64,000 bases of DNA from an uncultured Candidatus Saccharibacteria bacterium (GCA_964543385.1 CAZIYE010000001.1:215868-279867); one strand, 5' to 3'. Positions 19,367 to 29,666 are shown, numbered from the stretch's first letter. Notes: generated by a model not told the origin, from the sequence alone. A program made the numbers and translations.

Positions 19367-22201
19367 ATGAAATCTCATCACTGGCAAACGATAAAAGATA
19401 AAATTTCTTTCGGTCTTAAACACCATAAAAAAAATAGAAATATACCGAAAATGATCCTAACAATTTTCGGATATTCTATATTAGCACTCTGTTTTGCATC
19501 CGTACTTATGTTTGCGTGGTTTTCTAGAGATCTGCCTACACCAAGCAAGATTGCTGGACGCAAGCCAACTGTTTCTACAAAGATTTATGATCGCACAGGC
19601 CAAACCCTACTATATGAGACTGGCGAACAAAAACGAACACTTGTCACAAGTGATCAAATATCTAAATATTTGAAAGATGCAACGGTTGCCACAGAAGATG
19701 CAAATTTCTACAAACACAGAGGTGTTGACTTCAAGGCGATTCTATCTGCGGTAGTAGAAAAAGTAACAGGCAAAAGAAGACTCGCACGCGGCGGATCAAC
19801 TATTACCCAGCAATATGTAAAAAATGCTCTTTTGACCTCTGATAGATCGATGGTTCGAAAAATTAAAGAGGCTATTCTTTCCGTTGAGCTTGAATTTATG
19901 TTCAAGAAAGATGAAATACTTTCTATGTATCTAAACGAGATCCCTTATGGCAATGCTACGGCCGGCGCCGAAGCAGCTGCAAGGACATATTTTGGGAAAC
20001 AGGCTAAGGATTTAACGCTTGCTGAGGCAGCGACATTGGCAGCTATACCTAAGGCACCTACCTATTATTCCCCTTATGGTACTCATGTAGACAAACTCAT
20101 CATCCGCAAAAACTATGTTTTAGATCAAATGGCAAAGAGCGGTAGGATTACTACCCAAGAAGCAGAGGAAGCCAAGAAACAAGATACTACTACTCTTGGT
20201 ATTGCTCTTAAACCACGTAGAGATTCCATGTTAGCGCCACATTTTGCAATGTATGTGATGGAAAAAATCGCTGACGAATTTGGAGAGGAAAAAATACAAA
20301 AAGAAGGCCTAAAGATAATTACTACTCTTGATTATGACAAGCAAAAAATAGCCGAGCAAGCTATCACTGACGGCGCACCAAAGTTAGCAAAATATGGCGG
20401 TACAAATGCTGCACTCGTAGCAATCGATCCGAAAAACGGTCATATTCTAAGTATGGTTGGCTCAAAAGATTACTTCGATGTTTCTATTGATGGCAATGTA
20501 AATGTCGCCGATTCTCTTCGCCAACCAGGTTCGTCCTTCAAGCCATTTGCCTACGCCACAGCGTTCAAAAACCCCGAGTATTCTCCATCAAAGATAATTT
20601 ATGATTTTCAAACAGATTTTGGTAAATATATTCCCCACAACTATAATGGCAAATCCAACGGTCCCGTTACTATGCGTATCGCGCTTTCCAACTCCCTGAA
20701 TATCCCTGCCGTCAAAGTAATGGCACTAGCAGGATTGGACAATGTAATAAAAACTGCTTCCGATATGGGAATTACCACACTAAACCAGCGTGACAGGTAT
20801 GGACTCTCATTAGTTCTAGGATCAGGAGAAGTCAAACCGGTAGAAATGGCTGGGGCTTATTCTGTCTTCGCAACAGGGGGAATAAAAAATCCAACTACCC
20901 CCATATTGAAAATCACTGATGCAAGTGGTAAAACAGTTTACGATTTTGAAAAAAATAAAAAGCCCTCTAAACAAGTCTTGGATCCGCAGGTTGCTTACGA
21001 GATCTCCAGTATTCTTTCAGACAATAAATCCAGAAGTGTAATATTTGGCGCCAACTCACCATTACACTTTCCAGAAAGAGCTGTAGCGGCAAAGACAGGT
21101 ACTACAAATGATTTTAAAGACGCTTGGGCAGTTGGATATACTCCTTCTATCGCCGTGGCAGTTTGGACTGGAAATAGTAATGCAGCAAAAATGAAAGTAG
21201 GAGCTGACGGCTCAATTATAGCAGCTCCAATCTTCCACAATTTTATAGATAAGGCCTTGGCCAATGTCCCAAATGAGGAATTTGTACGGCCAAAAGGTAT
21301 CCAGGAAGTTACAGTGGAAAAATATTCCAATAAATTACCAAGTGCCTATTCTCAAGAAACAGTTACTGACATATTTGCTGAATGGCAAGTTCCCAAGGAG
21401 CAGGATGACCTTCACAAGATCTACCGTGTTTGCAAAGGCACAAATAAACTAGCGCCAGAGGGCATGGATCCAACCATGGTTGAAGAAAAAGTTTTGACTG
21501 ATCTACACTCAGAAATGCCAAGCAACCCAAATTGGGAAGGACCTGTTCGGGCATGGGCAATGGCAAATGCTTTGACCGCTGATGTCCCAACTGAGACTTG
21601 TGACGCCCAAAATTTTGCTCCTACTATTTCCATAATTAGCCCATCAAGCGGAGCTACAATATCAGGTGAAGTGAATATATCAGCATCCGCAAATAGTTCA
21701 TATGGCATTAAAAAAGTAGAATTCTTTCTAGACGATGTTTTTATCGGTAGTAGCGCATCTTCCCCTTATACGATTGACTATAATCTTTCAACAGGAAATG
21801 TTGCTTCTGGTTCTCATAAAATATCTGCCGTTGTCACAGATGAACACAATATTACTAGTCGGAATGAAATACCAGTTAATGTTCAAGATTCTAAGCCGAT
21901 TATTTCAGTGACATCTTTCAAAATAATTACCAACCCCATACTCTCGTATGAAATAAGTTGGACAACAGATCGTCCCACTATTTGGGAAGTGGCATATAAT
22001 TCAAGTGTTGTCCCTGCTCAATATATTTCCTCTTCCCCAGAAGAGTCGAAGAGCCACAAAGCGCTTATCACCAACCTTCTCCATGGTCTAAAATATAATT
22101 TTATCATCCACGCAACAGACACAAACCAAAACAGCGCTGAATATAAAGGAGACTTTACGACTCCGCTGAGCGCTGAAAATGACGACAAAATAGACCTATA
22201 A
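19367..22201 (+). CDS. mrcA: Class A penicillin-binding protein (PBP1A; GT51 + transpeptidase) with C-terminal Ig-like/FN3-like extension
   Basis: N-terminal TM; GT51 motif EDANFYKHRGVD; transpeptidase SSFKP (SxxK), SNS, KTGTT; ~230 extra C-terminal residues with beta-sandwich-like character. Confidence 0.85.
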   Translation: MKSHHWQTIKDKISFGLKHHKKNRNIPKMILTIFGYSILALCFASVLMFAWFSRDLPTPSKIAGRKPTVSTKIYDRTGQTLLYETGEQKRTLVTSDQISKYLKDATVATEDANFYKHRGVDFKAILSAVVEKVTGKRRLARGGSTITQQYVKNALLTSDRSMVRKIKEAILSVELEFMFKKDEILSMYLNEIPYGNATAGAEAAARTYFGKQAKDLTLAEAATLAAIPKAPTYYSPYGTHVDKLIIRKNYVLDQMAKSGRITTQEAEEAKKQDTTTLGIALKPRRDSMLAPHFAMYVMEKIADEFGEEKIQKEGLKIITTLDYDKQKIAEQAITDGAPKLAKYGGTNAALVAIDPKNGHILSMVGSKDYFDVSIDGNVNVADSLRQPGSSFKPFAYATAFKNPEYSPSKIIYDFQTDFGKYIPHNYNGKSNGPVTMRIALSNSLNIPAVKVMALAGLDNVIKTASDMGITTLNQRDRYGLSLVLGSGEVKPVEMAGAYSVFATGGIKNPTTPILKITDASGKTVYDFEKNKKPSKQVLDPQVAYEISSILSDNKSRSVIFGANSPLHFPERAVAAKTGTTNDFKDAWAVGYTPSIAVAVWTGNSNAAKMKVGADGSIIAAPIFHNFIDKALANVPNEEFVRPKGIQEVTVEKYSNKLPSAYSQETVTDIFAEWQVPKEQDDLHKIYRVCKGTNKLAPEGMDPTMVEEKVLTDLHSEMPSNPNWEGPVRAWAMANALTADVPTETCDAQNFAPTISIISPSSGATISGEVNISASANSSYGIKKVEFFLDDVFIGSSASSPYTIDYNLSTGNVASGSHKISAVVTDEHNITSRNEIPVNVQDSKPIISVTSFKIITNPILSYEISWTTDRPTIWEVAYNSSVVPAQYISSSPEESKSHKALITNLLHGLKYNFIIHATDTNQNSAEYKGDFTTPLSAENDDKIDL

Positions 22202-22204
22202 CAA

Positions 22205-23500
22205 TTATTTAAACAGACTTATGATCTCTATAATATTTTTTGGCTGTGATATAGCCTCATAACCAAGAGCTTTTGCTTCTTTTTCCCGATCTTTTTGCCG
22301 AACTACTTTTCGGACTTCTCCAAGAAGTCCAACTTCTCCGAACAAAACCAGACTATCGGGCAAAGCTTTATTTAGATATGAAGATATTATTGCTGTACAC
22401 ACTGCCAAGTCAACGGCGGGCTCATTTAACCTTACTCCACCTATCACGTTCAGATATACATCAGAGTTGGCGAGATTAATTTTAGTCTTCTTAGATATCA
22501 CGGCTGCCAACAAATTCAGACGATTTAAATCAAAGCCAGAACTTGTTCTCTTGGGATAACCGAAATGAGTAGATATCACTAGAGCTTGGATTTCCAACAA
22601 TATCGGTCTAGTTCCTTCGAGGGCTACAGTCACAACGCTCCCTGGACTATTTGTGCGTTCTGATAAAAATAATTCAGATGGATTCTTTACTTCGATCATC
22701 CCCTCTTCCTGCATCGAAAAAATTCCAACTTCATTAGTGGCCCCAAAACGATTTTTTACTCCACGCAATATCCTTGCATCACCAAACCGCTCTCCCTCTA
22801 GATAAAGTACCGTATCGACTAAATGCTCTAAAATTCTTGGACCTGCTAGATTTCCCTCTTTTGTTACATGGCCAATAAGAATAACCGGAATGTTATGTTT
22901 CTTTGCAAAATTCTGTAAAAATATTCCACATTCTCTCACCTGGACGATACTTCCAGGAGTTGCGTCATAATATTCTAGGAAAATAGTTTGAATTGAATCA
23001 ATAATTAAAAGACTAGGATTATTCTTCAAAACATCGGCTTCAACTTGTCCAATATTACCCTCGTTGACGAGCATAATGCTTGGGTTCTTAATAGATAGCC
23101 TGTCCGCTCTCATTTTAATCTGAGAGACAGATTCCTCTGCTGATAGATAAAAAACATTGTCCAAATTATTGGCAACTTGCAGAATAAGTGTCGATTTGCC
23201 AATTCCCGGTTCACCGCCAAGAAGGATAATTGATCCGGGGACTATTCCACCGCCCAGAACTCGATCTAGTTCAGATATACCGGTAGAGATCCTATTTGAC
23301 TCTGATGTATTTATCTCACCGATCTTCTTAACTTCGAAATTACTTGATTTTCTATTTTTAGAATTATTCGATCCAGCATTTTTTATTTTCAATTCTTTGA
23401 GCGTGTTCCAATCACCACAAGCAGAACATTTACCGCTCCATACTGAAAACTCGTTGCCGCAACTTTCACACAGCCAAATTGTAATATCTTTCTTTGCCAT
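22205..23500 (-). CDS. radA: DNA repair protein RadA
   Basis: N-terminal C4 zinc finger CESCGNEFSVWSGKCSACGDW, Walker A GEPGIGKST, KNRFG motif, Lon-like C-terminal domain. Confidence 0.9.
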   Translation of the reverse strand: MAKKDITIWLCESCGNEFSVWSGKCSACGDWNTLKELKIKNAGSNNSKNRKSSNFEVKKIGEINTSESNRISTGISELDRVLGGGIVPGSIILLGGEPGIGKSTLILQVANNLDNVFYLSAEESVSQIKMRADRLSIKNPSIMLVNEGNIGQVEADVLKNNPSLLIIDSIQTIFLEYYDATPGSIVQVRECGIFLQNFAKKHNIPVILIGHVTKEGNLAGPRILEHLVDTVLYLEGERFGDARILRGVKNRFGATNEVGIFSMQEEGMIEVKNPSELFLSERTNSPGSVVTVALEGTRPILLEIQALVISTHFGYPKRTSSGFDLNRLNLLAAVISKKTKINLANSDVYLNVIGGVRLNEPAVDLAVCTAIISSYLNKALPDSLVLFGEVGLLGEVRKVVRQKDREKEAKALGYEAISQPKNIIEIISLFK

Positions 23501-23514
23501 ACTATTTTTTTGAT

Positions 23515-24210
23515 CTAATTAAGTGCAGCTAAATCTTGATCAGCCTCTTCAAATTGGCTGGCGAGTCTCTTTTGGTAGCTCAGAAATTGCGACTCTTGGA
23601 GATTTTGACTCAAGTTCACGAAACCATTTGATGGCAATTGTTCTGTGTCACTTCTTAGGATATAGACCTTAATTCCCTTTTTTATAAGCATATTTATTTG
23701 CTCTCTAACATCCAAGGCGAGATCATTATAATTTTTTATAAACAATACTTGCTGCAGTTGATGAGGCGTTTCGGCTCTAGAGAATGCTTCTCTAAGTGAA
23801 TTACTAGCAAAAAAATTATCAGGATCATCGCCCACTAATGAATGGTGTATAGTTTTGATCGTTTCTCTAAGTGCCTTAGGATCACCATCCAAAAGATTTA
23901 AGGAAAATTGGTTAGATTTAAAAGGCTCAATCCCCGTACCGACCTCCATCTCCTCATTCTTCGGAATCTTCGACTCAAGGATAGAACGAATAGTCTCAAA
24001 TTCAACCTTATCTATAAGCACACCCTTATTTGATATGGATAGACTATCTAAAATAGAATTAATAATTCTGTCAACGACATCATCATTAGTATTCTTCTGA
24101 TCTAAAACTTTTAGCAATACCTCCTCTACCTGTTCTTCGGTGACGGTCATAAGCATATCCTTTAATGACATATGCTCATTTATAGATGTCTCGTAATGCA
24201 TTTGGTCCAT
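23515..24210 (-). CDS. Hypothetical acidic protein
   Basis: 231-aa ORF operonic with radA. Confidence 0.5.
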   Translation of the reverse strand: MDQMHYETSINEHMSLKDMLMTVTEEQVEEVLLKVLDQKNTNDDVVDRIINSILDSLSISNKGVLIDKVEFETIRSILESKIPKNEEMEVGTGIEPFKSNQFSLNLLDGDPKALRETIKTIHHSLVGDDPDNFFASNSLREAFSRAETPHQLQQVLFIKNYNDLALDVREQINMLIKKGIKVYILRSDTEQLPSNGFVNLSQNLQESQFLSYQKRLASQFEEADQDLAALN

Positions 24211-24220
24211 TCTATAAGTC

Positions 24221-25747
24221 TTATTTTATTATTTCTTTCAATTCATCCAATTGCTTTTGCACTGCATCAATTTTTGCTTTGATCTCAGCACTCTTATCAA
24301 CGGTAGCTGCGGGCTCATTAATCTTGATCTCAGGCACCGCACTGCCTGTCACAACTGCTCCATTTTTAATAAATGTGTCCAGAGATGCTGCATTGTCGAA
24401 ACCAGCGACCTTATTTGTCTTAGCATCAAATAATACCGTCTTCGCAATACCTGCGGCATCATTCGGTATTATCGAGAGCAACCAATAAAGATCTTTGCCA
24501 ATTTTGAGCGGTCTTGGCTCTGCTAGATTAAATGCATCCCAGCTATAAGTTGGAAACTCTCTTTTAATATAATCAGCTGCCGCAACAGGACCCGTTAACT
24601 GTGAATTTTGATCATACTCAACAATTTCTCTTTTGCCCGTCGTTGCATCAAAGATAAAAATCTTATAGACACCGTATGACCTGCCATATGGCTCAGCTAC
24701 GACTAACTGTTTGAATCCTTCGTTTGTGGACACATGAAATATTTTCTCACTCCCCGGTAAGGCGACTGTCTCTGTTTGATTTTTATGCAAAAACCACTTG
24801 TTTAGAAGACCACCTTTGTAAGCATATGAATCAGTATAATAATTCACCAGCTCTTTTGGATACAACCGATTATTCTTAAGGAAAGAAATGTTTTGTGCTT
24901 CTTCTGGTGTGTAATCAGATATATAGCCGCCAGCATCAACTAGCATCACACCTGCCCAGTAAGGTACTCGAAAAGGAAAACCCTTGTAGCCGATATAAGG
25001 CACAGCCGTTAGCCAATTGCCACTATCATCTTTCAAATACACTGGTTCTGATGAATAATCAACGCCATATTTCTTTAATTTCAGTTGATAATATAAATTA
25101 TCAAAAATTCCGATCCCCTCTGAGTATTTAAATTCCTTGTCCTCAATGGCCACTTTTTTATCGATAGTATCAACTTCAACAGTCACAAAACCATTCAATT
25201 TGTTAGTAAAATATAGTATTCCGCCATCTGGCAATCTAGGGAAAACTCTCTTTAATTTGCCATCAACCATGACGATTTGCGAATCACCCAACATCTCCTG
25301 AGGATTTTGAAAAGTATCAGCAGCATAACGCTTTGCGACCTGTTTTGGCGTCAGTCTAATTGGTTCGAAATTTGGCAAATCGACTTTTGCCTCATAGGTA
25401 ACTTGTTTCGCAGTCAAAAGATATCTGATCTCGCTCTCAAAATTAAGAGCTACAAAAATAAGAATTAAAAAGACTATATAGCCAGAAATAATCAACGGTG
25501 AAACTTGATTTGATGCCTTGAATGTATAGTTTTGCATTCCCGTAGGTACCATAGTAATTTTGCCAAACTTCTTTAAAAGAAGAGCGACGCCGGCGATCAA
25601 TGCAACGATCAAAATACCTTTGAGAGGGCTAACCACAAAAAGCATATAGAAACCGTGAAAAAATGGCCTAAATAGCCAAATAAGTAGGACCAAAATAACA
25701 ATCCAAATAAGAGAACGAGGATTTATCTTTTTCATAAAATCACCCAA
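24221..25747 (-). CDS. Hypothetical membrane protein with large extracytoplasmic domain and C-terminal coiled coil
   Basis: 508 aa; 3-4 N-terminal TM helices. Confidence 0.55.
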   Translation of the reverse strand: MGDFMKKINPRSLIWIVILVLLIWLFRPFFHGFYMLFVVSPLKGILIVALIAGVALLLKKFGKITMVPTGMQNYTFKASNQVSPLIISGYIVFLILIFVALNFESEIRYLLTAKQVTYEAKVDLPNFEPIRLTPKQVAKRYAADTFQNPQEMLGDSQIVMVDGKLKRVFPRLPDGGILYFTNKLNGFVTVEVDTIDKKVAIEDKEFKYSEGIGIFDNLYYQLKLKKYGVDYSSEPVYLKDDSGNWLTAVPYIGYKGFPFRVPYWAGVMLVDAGGYISDYTPEEAQNISFLKNNRLYPKELVNYYTDSYAYKGGLLNKWFLHKNQTETVALPGSEKIFHVSTNEGFKQLVVAEPYGRSYGVYKIFIFDATTGKREIVEYDQNSQLTGPVAAADYIKREFPTYSWDAFNLAEPRPLKIGKDLYWLLSIIPNDAAGIAKTVLFDAKTNKVAGFDNAASLDTFIKNGAVVTGSAVPEIKINEPAATVDKSAEIKAKIDAVQKQLDELKEIIK

Positions 25748-25822
25748 TTAATTATTGTAATTAATTTGATTATACAATGATTAACTAAAGAATCATATCG
25801 TCCGCGGATCACCGTATAATCT

Positions 25823-26182
25823 CTACTTCGAAATAAAACTAATAGATAGAGAATTAACACAATGACGAATATTCTTAGGTGTCAGATTTTCCCCTTCGAA
25901 AATATGGCCTAAATGGGCGCCACAATTAGCACAAGTTATTTCAGTTCTAACCCCATCAGCATCAGGAATATGCTTTACTGCACCCCGAAATTCATCGTCG
26001 AAAGCCGGCCAACCACAGCCGGACTTGAATTTAGATTCTGAACTATAAAGAGGATTATTACACCTAGCACAAACATAAACACCATCATTGAAAAAATCAT
26101 TATATTTGCCAGAAAAAGGTGGCTCAGTAGCCTTATCTGAAATTACTTTTTCTTGTTCCGGAGTAAGTTTGTTATATTTCAT
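25823..26182 (-). CDS. msrB: Peptide methionine-(R)-sulfoxide reductase MsrB
   Basis: CxxC ... CxxC zinc motifs (CARC, CANCGAHLGHIF) and RHCVNS catalytic motif. Confidence 0.8.
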   Translation of the reverse strand: MKYNKLTPEQEKVISDKATEPPFSGKYNDFFNDGVYVCARCNNPLYSSESKFKSGCGWPAFDDEFRGAVKHIPDADGVRTEITCANCGAHLGHIFEGENLTPKNIRHCVNSLSISFISK

Positions 26183-26357
26183 GTTTTAATTGTAAAACAA
26201 AAAAGAATAAAATACATTGACTATTCTCTACATAAGAGTAATGTTAAATGCATAGGGTACGGTTTTAAAAAGGATTCGTCTTTTCTTAGACCTACTCGGG
26301 AGAGTCGCAGCATACGGGCTCTCTCTTTTTCTTGCCATTTTACAAAAAGAATATAAA

Positions 26358-26392
26358 AAAAATACCTCTAACTTTTGTTAGAGGTATTTTTT
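26358..26392 (-). terminator. Bidirectional terminator hairpin acctctaac-ttttg-ttagaggt flanked by A/T runs
   Basis: seen directly. Confidence 0.5.
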
Positions 26393-26401
26393 GTAGAGTA
26401 C

Positions 26402-26563
26402 TTACTTATCGTATTTTTCAACAAACTTTTTAATTTCCTCAATGTTTTCCAAGACGAGCTTCGCCTTTTTCACACCAAATTGAAAAGGATATTTATCCTC
26501 TTCATCATTTTTCAGAACGATCATCTTATTACCTTTGAACTCTGACTCAGACACAATAGCCAT
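26402..26563 (-). CDS. Small hypothetical protein (53 aa), not in ORF track
   Basis: Strong SD AAGGAGAG 7 nt upstream; MAIVSESEFKGNKMIVLKNDEEDKYPFQFGVKKAKLVLENIEEIKKFVEKYDK; terminator downstream. Confidence 0.45.
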   Translation of the reverse strand: MAIVSESEFKGNKMIVLKNDEEDKYPFQFGVKKAKLVLENIEEIKKFVEKYDK

Positions 26564-26745
26564 AACTACTCTCTCCTTTAATTTTTTACTGAATATATCT
26601 TACCAAAACTAGTGCCAAAATTGTATGTACTTAATGCATAAATATCTACAGAATAAACAGGTATTTACAATTGCTGTATAATGCATTGAGGGAATGCTTC
26701 ATCAGAAGCAAATTTTTCAACGCAGAAAGCAAAGGAGAGTGTTTG

Positions 26746-27825
26746 ATGAGGTCGCTACCGACCATCAGTTTTGCTGGAAAAGTAGGATCTATAGTTCTGG
26801 GAGGTATGGGTGGGTTAGTAGGAACACCAAAGTTAGCAGCAACCGTTGCAAACGAAGGTGGTGTCGGAACCGTCTCATTCGTAGCGCTAGACCGCTATGT
26901 CGAGGCAAAGACCGGCTGCAAAGCAACCCCCCAAGAAGCATCCAGATTTGCCATCGAAGAGGCAAAAGGGCTGCGCCATGACAAAGCAGGACCAATTTTC
27001 CTGAATGTTATGACCCTCATGAATGACTATAGACCCTCAGTGTTAGGTGCTGTTGAGGCAGGAGCAGACGGGATCATTGCTGGAGCAGGTCTTCCAACCG
27101 GCTTAGCAGAGATTGTTGGCGATGCCGACATAGAGCTGTGGCCAATTGTCTCCTCAGCACGAGCCCTTGCGATCATCTGCCGTTACTGGGCAAAACGAGG
27201 CAGAAAACCAAGTGGCGTTATTATCGAAGGACCGCTCGCCGGCGGTCATCTTGGCTTCAATTTCGAAGATATCTACAAGCCCGAGTACCAACTCGAAGCA
27301 ATCTTTGTAGATATACTGAGACTTTGCCAAGAGCAGGACATTCACCAAATAGTCGTCGCTGGCGGCATTTGGGATACAGCAGACATCGTTCGCTGGCTCG
27401 ACTTAGGCGCCACAGGCGTCCAACTAGGAACACGCTTCCTGGCAACAGAGGAAAGTGGTGCCTCTGACGACTTCAAGGCAGCAATTGTAAAAGCCACAGC
27501 TGCCGACATCGTAGTTGCGATGAATCCAGGATCTCCATCCGGAATGCCCTTCAGGGTCATCGCAGACTCGCCCGGTTATATCCAAGCCCTTCGGCGAGAT
27601 CGACAATTCCGCTGCATGTTGAAATACATGCTCCACGATGGGTCATGCAGAGCTACACAAAGCACAGACCATTTCTGCATCTGCGACGGCCTCCTATCAG
27701 CCGTTGGCCGACATCCCGACAAGAGTGCACTAGCGCTCTATACTTGTGGCACAAACGCCGCAAGAGTTGACCGTATCATGACGGTCAAAGGCCTCATGGA
27801 TGAACTCAAAGGTATCACAAAATGA
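26746..27825 (+). CDS. Nitronate monooxygenase (NMO)/FabK-like FMN-dependent oxidoreductase, in a GC-rich island
   Basis: GGMGGLVGTPKLAATVANEGGVGTV matches the NMO N-terminal signature; AAAGGAGAG SD before ATG 26746 (track start 26671 is an extension); local G+C clearly above flanks. Confidence 0.7.
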   Translation: MRSLPTISFAGKVGSIVLGGMGGLVGTPKLAATVANEGGVGTVSFVALDRYVEAKTGCKATPQEASRFAIEEAKGLRHDKAGPIFLNVMTLMNDYRPSVLGAVEAGADGIIAGAGLPTGLAEIVGDADIELWPIVSSARALAIICRYWAKRGRKPSGVIIEGPLAGGHLGFNFEDIYKPEYQLEAIFVDILRLCQEQDIHQIVVAGGIWDTADIVRWLDLGATGVQLGTRFLATEESGASDDFKAAIVKATAADIVVAMNPGSPSGMPFRVIADSPGYIQALRRDRQFRCMLKYMLHDGSCRATQSTDHFCICDGLLSAVGRHPDKSALALYTCGTNAARVDRIMTVKGLMDELKGITK

Positions 27826-27850
27826 TCCCTCGCATCGACACCGTCGCCTG

Positions 27851-27890
27851 CCCTTCAGTTTACTGGATGGCAGGCGACTTCTTTTTCATA
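27851..27890 (+). terminator. GC-rich terminator hairpin gtcgcctgcc...ggcaggcgac + T-run
   Basis: seen directly. Confidence 0.5.
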
Positions 27891-27904
27891 AGATCAAAAA
27901 AAAT

Positions 27905-29356
27905 TTAAACTTTACCTAGATCTAATTCATCATCAAACCTTATTTGACTGACGAAATCAGGCATATGACTGACCATGATTAGAGCGCCCTCATATTTATC
28001 AACCGCCTTGGCAATTATTGGCAAATGACGGAAATTAATATGATTTGTCGGCTCATCTAGAATCAAAAGCCCCGGTTGCATCAATGTCAGACGTGCAAAA
28101 GATAGCAAACCCTTTTGTCCTTCTGACAAATCACTAACTTTATGGCCCATCAAGTCTCCACCGATTAGAAAACCGGCTGCAATAGAACGCATTGCCTGTA
28201 TATCCATACTGCCGATTTTAGCACTGCAAAGTGAATCAAAAACAGTCTGGTCGAAATCAAGATTTGAAAAATCCTGACTATAATATCCGACCTTGGCTTC
28301 ATCCAAGATCTTGGCATACTGATTCTTGCCGGATACTAGCGAACGCAAGAATGTACTCTTGCCAATTCCGTTTGGCCCAGTCACAATAAAATGCATTCGT
28401 TTACGGATAATCTTTTCAACTTCTCTTACTCGAGTCTCGTGATTACGGAAAGCGGTCAAACCACTGATAGTCACAAGATCACCAACAATGTCCTGTACTG
28501 GGATATTGAATTCTTTAATAGTCCTATCCTCGTGTCTAACATCGACAATTTCCTCTTCCATTTCAGCAGCTTCATCCTTCAATTTCTGAGCTAATTTTCG
28601 CATCTTACCACCCTTATTGGAAAAGAAGTTCACTTTTTCTTTGCGATCTATAATCGATCTTTTTAGTTGAGCGTTTTTTCGCTCCTCACTCTGAACTCGT
28701 CTCGCGATCTCTTCCACCACTGAATAATAGTCACCGACATAATACTCAATCTTGCGACTGAAAACATTTAGATAAATTACACCTTCTGTAAAACAGTTCA
28801 AAAAGTCAGCATCATGCGAAATAACGATCACCGTCTTGTTGTATCTGATCAAAAATTCGATTAAGTGGTCAATCCCTGCCTGATCAAGATTATTGGTCGG
28901 CTCATCAAGTAGTAAAATGTCTGAATTCTGGATCAGAGCATATGCCAACAAAAGTCTTGCTTGCTGTCCGCCAGAAAGGTCCCCTACTCGCCTACCGATT
29001 GGAATATCGAGATTTACCGCATCCATAACTTTGTGGATTTTGCTCGGCAAATCATTTGACCGAATCTCAAAGGCTTTGGCAAAATATTCTTCCACAGACA
29101 AATCAAGATCTTCACGAGCCACAACTTGGCGGGCAGTGGCGATAGTAATGTCTTTGGCAATATTGATCTGACCTGATTTCGGCTTTATTTCTCCGGTAAT
29201 CATGCCAAAGAGAGTGCTTTTGCCTGCTCCGTTTTGTCCCATCAGAGTAATCTTGGAATTTCTGCGAATAGAAAAAATAGCCTCATCGAGTAGAGGCTTA
29301 TCATGCTGATATTCAAAACAAACATCATCAAATCTTAAAATAACTTCTTCACTCAT
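27905..29356 (-). CDS. ABC-F family ATPase (two tandem ABC domains, no TMD)
   Basis: Walker A GQNGAGKST and GPNGIGKST, signatures LSGGQQ and LSEGQK, charged linker between domains. Confidence 0.8.
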   Translation of the reverse strand: MSEEVILRFDDVCFEYQHDKPLLDEAIFSIRRNSKITLMGQNGAGKSTLFGMITGEIKPKSGQINIAKDITIATARQVVAREDLDLSVEEYFAKAFEIRSNDLPSKIHKVMDAVNLDIPIGRRVGDLSGGQQARLLLAYALIQNSDILLLDEPTNNLDQAGIDHLIEFLIRYNKTVIVISHDADFLNCFTEGVIYLNVFSRKIEYYVGDYYSVVEEIARRVQSEERKNAQLKRSIIDRKEKVNFFSNKGGKMRKLAQKLKDEAAEMEEEIVDVRHEDRTIKEFNIPVQDIVGDLVTISGLTAFRNHETRVREVEKIIRKRMHFIVTGPNGIGKSTFLRSLVSGKNQYAKILDEAKVGYYSQDFSNLDFDQTVFDSLCSAKIGSMDIQAMRSIAAGFLIGGDLMGHKVSDLSEGQKGLLSFARLTLMQPGLLILDEPTNHINFRHLPIIAKAVDKYEGALIMVSHMPDFVSQIRFDDELDLGKV

Positions 29357-29461
29357 ATCTTGGTCTCAAAATAAAAAAGGCGTAACCTACGCCATTGGTA
29401 TTATTATAGCACATTCATCACAAAAGTACAGATATTAACAACAATTGTTTCTCTTTTTATC

Positions 29462-29497
29462 GTTGCGGAGCTCTGGTTTATCAGAGCTCCGCAATCT
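29462..29497 (-). terminator. Terminator hairpin cgttgcggagctctg...cagagctccgcaat
   Basis: 14-bp near-perfect stem immediately after small ORF 29506..29598. Confidence 0.45.
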
Positions 29498-29505
29498 TTT
29501 CCACA

Positions 29506-29598
29506 CTATTTACTACTTGTAAGCGGTCCAAGACCTTTTTGTTTCTTGTTCTTCTTTGGCTTCTTGACCTCTTTTTTAGCACCCTTATCTTTTCCCAT
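29506..29598 (-). CDS. Candidate small highly basic peptide (30 aa) MGKDKGAKKEVKKPKKNKKQKGLGPLTSSK
   Basis: SD AAGAGGG 5 nt upstream of ATG, terminator right after stop; not in ORF track. Confidence 0.3.
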   Translation of the reverse strand: MGKDKGAKKEVKKPKKNKKQKGLGPLTSSK

Positions 29599-29666
29599 AT
29601 AACCCTCTTTTTATTTAATTATTTTTATTCTACCAGAAAAAATTGATTTATTGTAAAAGATGATTA

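Noticed and set aside
26694-27636. Numerous overlapping ORFs on both strands (26694..26981, 26789..26995, 27138..27467, 27154..27348, 27257..27445, 27342..27560, 27424..27636)
   Set aside because: They are a by-product of high local G+C within the NMO gene. The NMO frame alone has recognisable motifs.
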